DNA of 64,000 nt. Source: Octopus vulgaris (Eukaryota). The notes beneath the pieces were generated by a model, which saw nothing but the letters and a program-made list of their open reading frames with translations, did no database searches and was not told the DNA's origin. The translations under genes were made by a program, and so were the position numbers. Location of the stretch: assembly GCA_951406725.2 (NCBI GenBank), contig OX597821.1, forward strand, positions 31,124,001 to 31,188,000, written 5' to 3'. Shown here in pieces: positions 41,891 to 54,850 of this stretch; within the stretch, counting starts at the first letter, position 1; each line of letters starts with the position of its first letter.

Positions 41891-43114
41891 CTAGCAGAAA
41901 GACTGCCTCCCGCCCACCGGCGGTTTTCTGCTAGCGCCTTGATAATATTTTCACATTTCATTCTTAATTTTAACAATTTTATATTCTACGTCTAATTATT
42001 TCTTTGTATAATAGTGCTCACTTACTAAATAAATATTGCTTTCCTTATTTTATCACTGTCAGAATCACTCATTTTAAACAAATATCACGGTAGTCCAACA
42101 ACAGAGGAAGAAGCAGCTTGCCAAAATTTACTTTCTCCCTCAATGCAATGTAGAGATTTTAATTCAGCAGCTCATCTGTAAGCTTTGCAGTATGTGTGGG
42201 AGAAAGAGAGTGGGAGAGAGAACAATGCAAACAATGAATCAAATAAACATGAAATGAAAGAAACTCGTATGAATAAAAGGGCATTACTACAGATGTATAG
42301 GACCCCTAATTTCCTGCTTCGTAACATACCTTTAACAAGATTTTCTGGAAATTACCCTTAGTTATTGTGACTTTAGTGTATGTAGGGATTTATGGGAAGG
42401 TTTTTTTCCGTGGGGTGGAGAGAGGATTTTCGGAAAATTCATACGATATGACTTTTTTCTTCATAATTTCAGGAAGGTGGGTATCTTTTAATGAAAATAT
42501 ATACAAATCCGTTTCAAACGGCATAGATTACGGTAATGAGGAAATTTCTGGGAAAAGTTTTTTTGGATTTTCCCCATTTTTTTAAAGTCACAGCCATCGA
42601 AATGATGGGGTTGTTGTTGTTGTTGGTGGTGGTGGGAAAATCTGTTTTTATACCTACCTCCCTCATCCTCCCACTCCTGACCTATTTTGGGCATTTTTTC
42701 TGACACTTCAAAATCATAGATAATTTTCGACAGAAAAATGTTTTTAAAATTTTTGATATATTCAGAGGGAAAGTGGGTAATTTAAATAAATGCGATTTGG
42801 CTGTTGTTTCTATCACATCATAAGAAACCTTCCTCATCTCTTTATCACTCTGGCATGTATTGATGCTTTTCAATACTTTCCCCTATAAAAATATTTATAT
42901 GCTATAAAAAAGAAAGTTTGAGAAATTATGAATTTTTGCAACCCCACCCTCTGCCCCTGATTGTTTCTATTTAGAAATTGAAATATAGGACAGCCTGAGA
43001 AGTTCATTACTGGCATTTACCCAAAGTGATTTTGAAAAAATACGGAAATGTACTTGCATAGCAAGTGACTTGTTCTGAGATCCTGTGCTGAAACAAAAAC
43101 TATTGTAACGTAGA
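41891..43114 (-). mobile_element. Helitron-like non-autonomous element (3' end clear, 5' end uncertain)
   Basis: The minus strand ends in a GC-rich hairpin plus CTAG|T at 41891-41936 (ctagcagaaa..tttctgctag). A candidate A|TC start at 43114 may be coincidental. Confidence 0.5.
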
Positions 43115-43204
43115 TGTTTGTAAGCCATTCAAGAAAACACGAAAACCGTTACTGCCACGACACTATCTAAATACAAAGGGCCCGATGTATCTACATAGCG
43201 ACAT

Positions 43205-43292
43205 TTTGTTAGTTTTTAGGCTTACTTTTAGCGTTAGTTTTTAGGGTTAGGGCTAGTTTTAAGGTTAGTTAGGATTAGGGTTAGGGCTAGGG
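43205..43292 (+). repeat. degenerate interstitial (TTAGGG)-like array
   Basis: ttagggttagggctagttttaaggttagttaggattagggttagggctaggg. Confidence 0.8.
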
Positions 43293-43498
43293 TGGCATTA
43301 AACGTCCACAGAGCGTACATTTAAAATGTTTTGCATGGAACACCTATACGTAAGTAGTACCATTAACATTTGTGTCCAAATATTTACTTCGCTTTGAAAT
43401 TGTTACATACGTAATTAATAAGTAGCTCTCTACATTATAGTATAGATATGTGTGTATGTGTATCTATATGCATATATATTTACACGCATGCATTGGAA

Positions 43499-43599
<101 letters not shown>

Positions 43600-44580
43600 C
43601 TTATATTCGTTTACTTGATTTCAGTGATTTGACTGCGTATATATGCATATATACAAATATATCATTATATATCAGAAAGAAGACTACACAGAATCAAACA
43701 GAAGTCACCGTAGGTCTTTCCACTGTTCCCTGGCTATGAAGAAAGACTGTGTTTAAAGATGGGATGTAACCTCACCGTCGTTCTACAATTCCAGAAATCT
43801 TATTGCCGTGAATACCTCTACCAGTGGACGAGATAAGAGAAGTGCAGTGAAATAAAATAAGTTATTCCAATAGTTGACAGGTGGTTCATAAAATATTTAT
43901 CAATATAGGACGACAATCCATAGAAAATTACTGTGAATAAACCAACATACCAATAGATAAATGTCAACAGAAGATCATACCAAAATTATTCAGCAAACCA
44001 CAGGAAATGTAAGAACGTACCAAGATATCAAGGTAGGTTCACCAAGAACAATTTCTCTTCAAGAATATTGATTTTTAACAAAACAGCGCATCAGTGATTC
44101 ACAGAACAAGAAACATTATTTTCAGGAGTAGGAAACATTTCAACCACTGACCCACAGTAATACCTGATGGAAAACGAAATGAAGTTGTTGGAATACAGAC
44201 TTAATTCCACACCAACTCTTATATCGGACTTAACGGATTTTATATATTGGGCCGAAGAATATTAGAGAAAACATTGTTTACGAAATTTATTCCAAAACAG
44301 CTATGACGAAGATTTTATCAATTGTGAAAAGCAAAAGTGGTTATCATAATCTAATGAGTTGGGAAAAGCACCGAGAAGAATATATAATGCCTGAAACGAT
44401 CTGCAAACTCAAATATTCCAAGATGCCATCTAAAAGCAAACAATACGGATGAAGACTAAAAAACACTGGGATTTCTGCTGGAAGATTTCTATATTGTCCT
44501 TAAAGTAGCAGACTAGTGAGGATCTATTGTAATCATAGACAAGAACTATAAGAGGGAAAGGATCGTAGAAACAGTCACTC

Positions 44581-44810
44581 AAGGCGGCGAGCTGTCAGAA
44601 ATGTTAGCACGCCGGGTGAAAGGCTTAGCTGTATTTCGTCTGTCGTTACGTTCTGGGTTCAAATTCCGCCGAGATCGACTTTGCCTTTCATCCTTTCGGG
44701 GTCGATTAAATAGGTACCAGTTACGCACTGGGGTCGATATAATAGACTTAATCCGTTTGTCTGTCATTGTTCATCCCCTCTATGTTTAGCCCCTTGTGGG
44801 TAGTAAAGAA
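44581..44810 (+). mobile_element. SINE family A (tail type 1), inserted in the Penelope-like element
   Basis: aaggcggcgagctgtcagaa..gggttcaaattccgcc..gcctttcatcctttcggggtcg..tttagccccttgtgggtagtaaagaaa. Confidence 0.92.
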
Positions 44811-45959
44811 ACGGATATTTTCACAAAACAATATTATAAATTCTGGAGGAAAAACAACCAATGACTACGAGTGGTAAATTAACAAAACAAATTAAAAAGT
44901 GACATAATTAAAAACAAATTAGATTAGCTCTCCTGCTTTGACGTAAAAGCATATAAATTTTATGTAATTCAAAATAGCCAGAAATCTAAACAAACCAGTA
45001 ACAGTTTGAAGCGCCTCCATATATATATGTGGAAATTACTAAACTATTCAATATAAAATTACATAAAATGTTTGCAAATCAAGCAGATGGCATTCAAGGA
45101 TTAAGCAATTTGTTTGACATAAATTTGAAACCAATATTCTATTTCGACCCTAGTTTCATTAGAGGTGACACTGAATTTTCAACTCACGTTCCACTAAGAG
45201 TAGATTAAGAGACGATTCTGGTTACTTTTGTCGTAACCAGTCTCTACAGAAATATTCCCCATGGACTAAGATTAGAAGCAGTAGAATATTTGATCGATAA
45301 ATACATAAAAAGAATTCAGGAAAGATTGCGGTTGGTGCTGAAAAACAATTACTACTTTGATAAACAATATTTCCTCAAATACGAGTCACGCCAATGCTGA
45401 CAAAAGTGATGCCAATGTTTACGAGACTAGTAATGGATTACTGGAAGGAAAATTAATAACCTGTCTAGAAGTAGTTTTGATCAACATTTCCAGTCTTATT
45501 TAATGGAAAACTGGGAAAGTTCTTGGATGACCGTTTCATATTTTGAAATAAAATTAGGGAAATAAAATTGAAATTAATAAATAGCATTGATGAATTGATG
45601 TAGTTCAATATGGAAAGGAATGAAAGTGAACTTTTTCTTGAAATTATGATAACTAAGGAACAGGGGCTATGTGCAACCGAGCACTACCGCAAGAGCTCAG
45701 AGGTACACCAATAGTTACATTTTAGATATTTCAACCATTCCCAATCAAAAAAGGACATACATAAGGTAGGTCTTCTATGTCAAATATTTACATAGAAACC
45801 TACACTAAGTAAAAGACTGGTACAACTAAATATTCTCCTACAAAATTAAATAATTCTGAAGCATAATATATCATCCCATAACAAACGCAAAATAATCTTA
45901 AAATCTGTCATACGGAGAAACATTCACATTGGTAGTGAAAACAAAAATAAATGGCAAAG

Positions 45960-46280
45960 AACTCTTCCGGTCATGAATGACCATGGGATTGCGCGTAGAA
46001 AGTTCCCCTTCGTGGCACAAGTCCGGGTAAAGTTGTTTATGGGAGACTAGCAGTTACCCATGTAAGCCAGTCTCTCCTCTCCATGTCGCTGATGTTATCC
46101 AAAGCAAAGGCAATGGCTACTACAGCTTCGGACTAGAGACGTCACAACACATTTCTACAACTGAGTGATCATGACATAAAGTGTGTTGTTGAAGAACACA
46201 ACACACAGCCCTATCGGGGAATCGAACTCACCTCCTCATGTTTGTGATCCCGAAGCTTTAACCACTGGGTCAAGCGCTTT
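45960..46280 (-). mobile_element. tRNA-derived SINE (M1 + T2), full length, inserted in the Penelope-like element
   Basis: Minus-strand head ttgacccagtggttaaagc..gagttcgattcccc; homologous to 23570-23770. Confidence 0.8.
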
Positions 46281-47136
46281 CAAACAAAATACAGTTAGAG
46301 ATATTGCATTTTGAGTCACTCACAATATTCTATTTTGGCGAAAGGATACCTTCCAATTCCATATCAGTCGTCGACTTTTCGACAAATAATTGATCACCAA
46401 TCATCAATTGCCATAGGCAGTCAACAAATCTTAAGACATCTTATACACCGGAGAAATAAATAATTCCAGCAAGAAACTATAGGGACCCTTGTTGTAAGAC
46501 ATGTGAAATAATTGAAGGAAGAATAACTATAAGGTGCAGGAATGAGAAAGAACTAAAAGAAAATGGAAACATGAATTACAAAACATGAATCTCATCAAAT
46601 GCATCAAGATGTAAGGAAAATTACTTTGGTGTAACAGGAACACAACTAACGATACATTAAGTGCGTGCAAACAGAAAACGAAAGATCCGTCATTTAGAAC
46701 AGTTCCATTTAGTAAGCTGCTTGTCATTTGCGCACATGAGAAATCTAAAACATTCCCTTTCTACAAAATAAAAGGCAAAAATAGTCAACTATGAAAAGGA
46801 AAGAAGTGAAAATTTTATAAGAATTCTGAATCCTAATCTAAACCAGAAATAGTAAACATCATTACTAGAAACACTTTCGTCTGTACGGATTAGTCCCATA
46901 CACATTTGTTCAAAAGCTTGATCTACCAAGGTGATTGTACACAAAATACAGACTATACAAAAACTTGTTACCCAAAGGTTTGTAACATTTTGTCTTGTGA
47001 TTATTTTCAAAAATAGTTATCTTTTAAAATTATTTTTGTAAATATTGTGATTCTATACAATATATATGTAAACACACACACCCACAGATGGACACAGACG
47101 CACACGCACATACACACGTACACATATGTGCGTGCT

Positions 47137-47367
47137 AGGCGGCGAGCTGGCAGAATCGTTGGCACGCCGGCCGAAATGCTTAGCAGTATTTCGTCTGCGG
47201 CTACGTTCTGAGTTCAAATTCTGCCGAGGTCGACTTTGCCTTTCATCCTTTCGGGGTCGATTAAATAAGTACCAGTTACGCACTTTGGGTCGATATAATC
47301 GACTTAATCCATTTTTCTGTCCTTGTTGTCCTCTCTGTGTTTAGCCCCTTGTGGGTAGTAAAGAAAT
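47137..47367 (+). mobile_element. SINE family A (tail type 1)
   Basis: Closely similar to 44581-44810. Confidence 0.92.
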
Positions 47368-48130
47368 TTATATGGATGTGAAGTAACATGGTGAGTATGT
47401 AATAAAAGTTATATTGTGTCGAAGGGATTGATATTAAATGGTAAAAAACTGGACATTAGATCTTCACAGGCTGTCCCTTCCTTTCACTCATCGTAAACAT
47501 CGACGGACAAGAGAGAAGCACTGCAAAGACGCATCATGTGACAGTACGATTTGAAACGAAGACGCCGGAACACCAGACTGACCCCGACAGACGTCGCATC
47601 AAGTAGCTTCTAGCGACAGAAGCCTGAACTACACCGGGTTTGTCTCACAGAGAACGCTTCCGGTGACTTAGTCTGTGTGTATGTGTGTTTGTGAGTGTGA
47701 TGGTTTGTATGTGTATGTATGCACAGAGAGGGAGAGAGAGAAAGAAAGTGAGAGAGACAGAGAGAGGGTTATTTTAATATTGCTGTCATCGTAATAGCAC
47801 GTTATGCATGATCGTGCCTAGCGTTGTGTTCCAAAATTAAAACGGGATGCATACGGCTTCTAGTGATATACCTAAGGGAACATTACGCAGCGGCAATGTG
47901 AGGTGCTATAGGCTTGATGCAGAGGGAATAACAGTAATTATTTCAATGAGAAATGATTATATATATATATAAATCAGGAAAAAATAACCTTTTATCAATT
48001 CAATAATGAAAAAAATAAATTATATCATTTAGAAAAATTACATATTATCGAAGGTTTAAATATAAAATAAAACATATACCAATGATTAAGTAATGTGCAA
48101 AATAATAAATATAACGTCTATATTTGGTAG

Positions 48131-48201
<71 letters not shown>

Positions 48202-48205
<4 letters not shown>

Positions 48206-48390
48206 GAATTCCCCCAAAAATAAAAGACGAAGACAGGTGTGTTGACAACAAACAGATGCATCAGTTTAACGATATGAAAGTGAAAAAAGTCTTTAAGTTT
48301 TCGAGCCTACGCTCTTGCACAGAAAGGAACGCAGAAAGAAACAATTATAGAAAATAAAGTATGTGTAGCGGCTAGCGATCCATCATGGCG
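48202..48390 (-). mobile_element. repeat H1, copy 2
   Basis: aaaagacgaagacagg..tcgagcctacgctcttgcacagaaagg..catcatggcg, abutting (TA)n(GA)n. Confidence 0.85.
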
Positions 48391-48401
48391 CTATAACCTG
48401 C

Positions 48402-48445
<44 letters not shown>

Positions 48446-50069
48446 TCGTGTGTTTGTGTTTGTATGTGTTTGTGTGTGTGTGTGTGTGTATGTCTGTCTG
48501 TATAATGTAAAAAAAAAATTGTTGACCACGCATGAAAAAAACTATGCTGGATTCATCCGATATTTGCTTTGCACAACACATGTAAATTTAACATGACTAT
48601 ATGAGTATTTAATGGATGCGAATTGGTACAAGATAAGTTTACTCTTTTTCAGCCTTCAGCTCCAAATCAATAACAATAGAACTATTAGAAAAATGCTTCT
48701 TATACGCCCTACAGACAACACACCCGTAAAATTGCATTTTATACGAAAATACCATATTGAGCACAAATGATTGTCTATTGAGAAAGATTGCTTTATTTTG
48801 AAATTTCACTACTTTCTTAGGGATTTATTTAGAGGTCCCAAATATGAAAAGAGATTCATGACAATGATGAGCAGTATATAAAATAATCATTCATTCTTTC
48901 CTTGTGTGAGTTGTATGGAAGCATTTAGTCTTTCACCTTGTCAGGTTATAGCTTCACAAATTTCCTGGTATATTAGTTTAATCATTCAGAATTTTGTCAA
49001 TAAAACTCTCCCGTATTTTACAACGTTTCATAAAATCCTATCAGGGGTATCTTTAGAAATACGAGATTTTATCTATTGTATATATAGAATTGAATTTACT
49101 AAAAGAGAATTTTGGTAAATACGCATGAATATGCCGAAGCAATTTTATAATTTCCATGACGGTATAACCTGCATTATGCACATATATTCAGTTAAACTTT
49201 CAATTTGCCAATTCGATTTTGGCACATCGTCATATATACGATATAGAATTTTATAATATACATACGAAATGCGCTTAAAGGAAAGAAAATTTTGTTTGAT
49301 TCACGATTCCTCTGATACGCCAATATCGAATTTTCTCAAGAAATATAATAATTGAATTTCAGCCATTGAAGCGAAGATAAATACCCTTAGAATGCTGTTG
49401 CCAATTTAATCGCTCTTCTATACAAAGATTAGATCTTACAAACACGATCAAATGGTTATTACTGCATCGCTGTTTACACATATACATATCGCAAATTATT
49501 TAAACAACCACACACACAAGTACATCTATACTCACATCACCTCCTACATAACGCAGATACAGTCAGGTAAACTGGCTTTTATATTCACATGAACAGACAC
49601 CTGGACGATCATGCATATATATATATGTAAATAAATACGTTACTTTTATTCATCCCAGGCACTTCAATTTAAAATAAATGGAATTTAAAATTACATTATT
49701 ATGAGGAGTCGAGTTATTGAAATACAAAGCTGTAATTGTCTTCGAATGGATCAAAGATGTTCTATTGATTGTATTATATGAAATAAATTTACATTACAAT
49801 ATTATGATTTTTTTCTGGAGTCCTATCCAAAAGAACATTGAGAACAGTGAGTCAAAAATACCTGCATAAATTTTCAATATAAGCATACTATATTGTATAT
49901 ATATTACACTCACACACACACGCACACAGACGCAGAAACTTAGACACACTAGCAATCACACACACACAAACATATGTTGATACAGATTTAGATGTGGTGA
50001 TACAAGAAACTTAAAACATCTAGTATAGAGAGGTTATCATTCCACTTGGAACGATGCATTCTGCCAGAG

Positions 50070-50108
<39 letters not shown>

Positions 50109-50110
50109 TG

Positions 50111-50196
<86 letters not shown>

Positions 50197-50609
50197 TACG
50201 CTAAGACTGAATGCAATACGCTTTTACGCGGTTTGTTGATAGGAGAGATATAGAGAAAGTTAAATATACAATGTTTACCAGAAGGGTAATGTTCTGGTGA
50301 TGAGGTCAAAGAAATGCAGAGAAATAGAGAGAAAGAGAGAGGAGAGGAGTTATAAGATGGGTAATAAGCAATGATATGCCAGTCGATAGATTACGATGTC
50401 ACATTATTTGTGAAAGTAAGAGAGGAAAACAAAAAGAAAGAGAGGAAGGATACCGACTTGGAGAGGGGAATTACATTGTTAAAAAGTTTGTTGATGTAAG
50501 AGTTAGAGAGATAGATAGAGAGAGAGAGAGAGAGAAAAAGACAGAAAGAGCGTGAGTGACAGACATACAGGCTGAAACACAAAATTATTAAATATTGATT
50601 TAGCTGAGG

Positions 50610-50880
50610 GAAAGTTGAAGTTGTCGGAGAATTTCTAGGACTATACTTGCCTGAATTCCTGACATCCTTATTCTTACAATTGTTCTCCCGTAGATTACTA
50701 TGTGGATTGCTATTCAGAATGACATAAAGCAGTCCGACTGCAACACAAAGTCCGATCCGTGGGCCAAAATCAAGGAAGTATATGAACATTTTACCCTGCA
50801 CAGGGGGAGGAAAGCATGATCCAAATTCCGGAGCCATCTCGTGGCCGTAGTGGAAAATGAGGGCGGCTACTTTCAATAAA
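50610..50880 (+). pseudogene. maT/DD37D-like (Tc1-mariner superfamily) transposase C-terminal fragment
   Basis: LSENF..PYSYNCSPVDYYV..CNTKSDPWAKIKEVYE..KFRSHLVAVVENEGGYFQ* corresponds to the SPDxNPxDY..W and FRxRLEAVVxxxGGYFE motifs. Confidence 0.7.
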
Positions 50881-51299
50881 CTCTCCTTGTCCAGCCATAA
50901 TGTGATTAATTTTTTTTAGATGGGATATTCTGTTTACATATGTTTACAGTTTTATTTCTTTAATGTTCTCTCTCATTTTTATATTCTATCCTGCCTACCT
51001 ATGTGCATATATACATGCATACATGCATGCATGCATAATTTCGAGTGATATATCTTTGTTATGCATTGAAATCTATAGCGCAGGGCGCAATCAATTTTCC
51101 ACATGAACTCAAGTCAGTCGATGTTTGAATGGGAAATGTATTGGGAAGCAATTTTTAAGTTTTATGCATCAAGCTACAGTTGGGGCACTTTACTTTAGTT
51201 GGGTTTACAATGTCAGTGCGTACATATATTATGTACACAACTATAGCAATTTTCCAATGAGGTTCCTATTAAAGATATGAAACTAGTATGTCATTGAGC

Positions 51300-51870
51300 A
51301 TCTTTAGTATAACACGTACAAACCATTTGCAAACTATATTAAAATCTGCTGCCTGAATGCGAAACATGCAATCCAATACAGAGCACACGCTATAGCTTAT
51401 GACTTTAATTAAGCTATTTAGAGGCATTTGTTCCAATACATGCTTTACTCTGATAATAGAGATCGAGTTTCTCAATAAATCACAGGTTTAGTTTTCTTTG
51501 AAATGGAGCCATGAGCGTCAGCAATTCATTATACATACATTTATTTTCACTGCATTTCATTCAGTAAACCTAGTAGTAAAACTTCAAAGAAAATATCAAC
51601 ACCTTTGCTCATTGGTCAGGCACAAAAGGCTCACGTTAGAAATGCACTTCGAGCATTACTCCCGAATCTTCTCAGACTAATGCACATTTTTCCAGGCATC
51701 TACACTCATAAATGAAATGCTTTTCTCTCTAATAACAACTGATGTCTTGAGGTAATTACATCAACTCCAACGCCCTGAAATAACTTTAAATCTTCCACTT
51801 GTCTTCATATGATAGAATTAAAATAGAGCCAAATATAATTGGGATGTGCTGTCGTACGTCAGACATTATT
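51300..51870 (-). pseudogene. possible very old hAT (Buster/Charlie-like) transposase trace
   Basis: Weak minus-strand NEMQ*K..ELLTLMAPFQRKLNL resembles LQGK..AFxxKLxLW; little other support. Confidence 0.25.
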
Positions 51871-52124
51871 AATCTTTAATCAAGGAATTATTTGTTGTTG
51901 TGTAACTTCAGATTGCATCTGATAGATTACAATTATTGAAAACTAAATATTAAGCATTCCTTAGCATGAAGACCAATAAAATTATCCGCTTTGACTAGCA
52001 ATTCTATCCGATATTTTCATAGGATACTTGAGTTCAACGAAAGGGGCGTGATCTTCTCACTCATTGTCCATTTATGACAATGAAAGTCCTCTAAAATCTT
52101 AGGTGATTAATACATATTTACTGA

Positions 52125-52250
52125 TTCGACTTTTCTTTTCATCCTTTCGGTGTCTATAAATGAAATCGAAGTTACGTACTGGTGTCGATCTAATCGACAG
52201 GCTCCCTCCCTTCAAAAAATTCGGACCTTCTGCCTAGAGTAGAAAAGAAT
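52125..52250 (+). mobile_element. SINE family A core + tail type 2 fragment
   Basis: tcgacttttcttttcatcctttcgg..ctaatcgac..ctccctccc..tgcctagagtagaaaagaa. Confidence 0.8.
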
Positions 52251-52278
52251 ACATATTTATCGATTATCTACACACACA

Positions 52279-52309
<31 letters not shown>

Positions 52310-52827
52310 GTGTAACGTAACCTATGTTAATGTATATGTATATATATCAAACAAATAAGTCGAATATATACAAACAAATACCCACTCACAAACGCATACG
52401 CAAACAGCAAATACGAGTTTGAAAAATCAACGGAATTATAGATTCAAATTTTAAAATAATGCTTCTCTCTTCTTAAAGCTCATCTATTCTCCTCCAATTT
52501 TCAGCTAATTTCACTTGCTCTTCGTCCACATTTCTTTTTCGCACACTTCACTGTGGCACATTATATTAATTAAACACCTGTCTGCTCTCCCGAGAATCAA
52601 ACTAATTTACCTACTTGTTGTTCACACATGTGTCTTCGTCTTTTCTTTTTCTGAAAATTTCAACTATCTACTCCACTGATACTATTTACAAATCAAAACC
52701 CACAAAATATATATTTGTATGTGTGTGTGTGCGTGTCTGTATGTGCGTGTGTGACATATGCCGTAGTGTTGTTAACGTTGTTAACAACAAACAAGATGAG
52801 GACAAATATCCGCCAAATGTAATTAAC

Positions 52828-52868
<41 letters not shown>

Positions 52869-53024
52869 GAGAGAGAGAGAGGCAGAGATAGATAGACACA
52901 CACATATATATATGTATATTTATATATACGAGAGAGTGTTAGGGATGTGTGTATATGAGATAGAGCAAGGGGAGACAAGGAGAGACACTTAAGTATATGC
53001 AAGAGCGAGAGGAACCGAGAATAC

Positions 53025-53165
53025 ACATGAAGGGGTGCTGAAAAATTCCTGGCCCTAAGGGTACCATGAAAGGAGGTCTAACCTTACCAGTTCTTTTACA
53101 GGGGTTACGAAAAAGAAGGAGCCGGTGCAATGTGTATATATTCAGACCTGTTTCTTACTCATTTT
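53025..53165. mobile_element. mariner-type MITE/TIR remnant
   Basis: gaaggggtgctgaaaaattcctggc resembles a mariner TIR start; the partner TIR was not found. Confidence 0.35.
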
Positions 53166-54473
53166 TTGTTATGCTTTGGAAATTAGAAAATTGGGTAAAA
53201 AATGTATTCTAAATTCAGTAAGTGAAAAATTGTCGAGCAAGGGACGTATCTTTTACGATCATCAGGCACTTAATTTTCGCTTTAATTTTAATTATTTATT
53301 TAATTTGATTTCAGATTGTTTAAGAGGTTATTATCTCAATTTCATAATTTGAAACCTTTTGTTTGCGTGGTAAAATGCTTGATGATCTAACCAAAGGAGG
53401 AATATTACAATGTAGTTCGATATTTGATGATGATTATTTTAGTAGAAAACATGAAGAAACGTTACCTTTGTTTCGGTAGTAATTTGGTAATTCGCAGGGT
53501 CTTTAAAATGAAGAAAAAACATCAATTTGAATAATTAATTGAATAATTAAAGCCCAAATTCTTTTGTTGTCTGCGCTGATAATTGCAGATGGAATTCAGA
53601 AATGCTAAAATCAATAGATGTGTAAATATTTGTATTGAATAATATTCACGATATTTTTGTTTTAGTTTCCACGTTTCACGAATATTATATTAGCATCTGT
53701 TTGACTAATAACGTAATGATGTCACGTTTCAGTCAGCAATAACTGATTTTAGATATTTAAAACACTCAATAGAAACAAAAAGGAATTATCCATAGAATTT
53801 ATTGCTATAAGATAATAATTCAAATTAAAAAAAATTTCAAAATTAGAAATACGTATAATATTATATGATTCAAAAGCATTAAGACAAATTTTATTCGATG
53901 TACGTAGGGACATTATTTGATTATCTTTGCACGTTGTACAGTCTCTGTATTATCTTAAATCATTATGTTTCACCTTAAACAATAGCTGACAAGAGTATTA
54001 AAGACATTTTTTAGTAACAGAGTTCAACAAAACGTGTTGTTTTATTGGGCATATCTGATTGCTATTCATTTAGAATGAAATCCACGTCCACAATCATTTG
54101 CTAAAGAATAATGCTATAACTTAGAATTTTATATGTGCTATAACAACAAGTTGTATTGCGTGTAGAACTCCGAAAACACACAGAACAAATAGACAAACGT
54201 AATGCTTTGGTCTGAACTATATATGGGCAATTAGTGTGTTAAGAAATCTTTATCCCTAACTCTTTAATAACTATGCAGATAAAACATGGAAATAGACGGC
54301 TTGAATAACTTTTACCATCTATTAAATAATATTATTTATTCAGTGAAAAATAATCGGGAATTCACATTGTTAATTGTGCAATAATAGCACTACACACTAT
54401 TTTATGCATTCCAAGCAAGACGAGTGGCGGAATATGTTTTGGGGATGCAAATAGATACGCAATGCCATTCCAA

Positions 54474-54850
54474 TCTAGGCACAATGCCCGAAATTTTGGT
54501 GGAGGGGCCAGTCAATTAGAACGACCCCACTATTTATCTGATACTTAATTTAACGGCCCCGAAATGATGAAAGGCAAAGTCAACCTCGACGGAATTCGAA
54601 CTCAGAACATAAATACCTATTTCTTTACTACCCACAAGGGGCTAAACAGAGAGGGGGCAAACAAGGACAGACAAACGGATTAAGTCGATTATATCGATCC
54701 CAGTACGTAAGTGGTACTTATTTAACTGATCCCGAAAGGATGAAAGGCAAAGTCGACCTCGGCGGAATTTGAACTCAGAACGTAACAGCAGACGAAATAC
54801 GGCTACGCATTTCGCCCGGCATGCTAACGTTTCTGCCAGCTCGCCGACTT
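54474..54850 (-). mobile_element. SINE family A head-to-tail dimer (head-core-tail1-core-tail2)
   Basis: Two copies of gatgaaaggcaaagtc.acctcg.cggaatt.gaactcagaac (~54566 and ~54739) carry different tails. Confidence 0.85.

Larger units (their letters stand above)
43680..46850 (+). mobile_element. Penelope-like element relic (RT + C-terminal GIY-YIG), interrupted by two SINEs
   Basis: RT motifs: IVLKVAD**GSIVIIDK (ADKG), GLSNLFDINLKP..PSFIRGD, ILVTFVVTSLYRNIPH, LVLKNNYYFDKQYF..PMLTKVMP (AMGT), FLDDRFIF, FNMERNESEL, TEHYRKSSEVHQ*LHF. Linker RDPCCKTC. Endonuclease: CKENYFGVTG..TFPFYKI..FIRILNPNLN. The 5' limit is approximate. Confidence 0.88.

Noticed and set aside
43104-43406. TGTAAC...GTTACA ends suggesting a solo Gypsy LTR
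   Set aside because: No target-site duplication, PBS or PPT in the flanks.
43680-46850. In-frame TGA codons in the PLE as possible selenocysteine recoding
   Set aside because: The stops include TAA and TAG along with many frameshifts, consistent with neutral decay.
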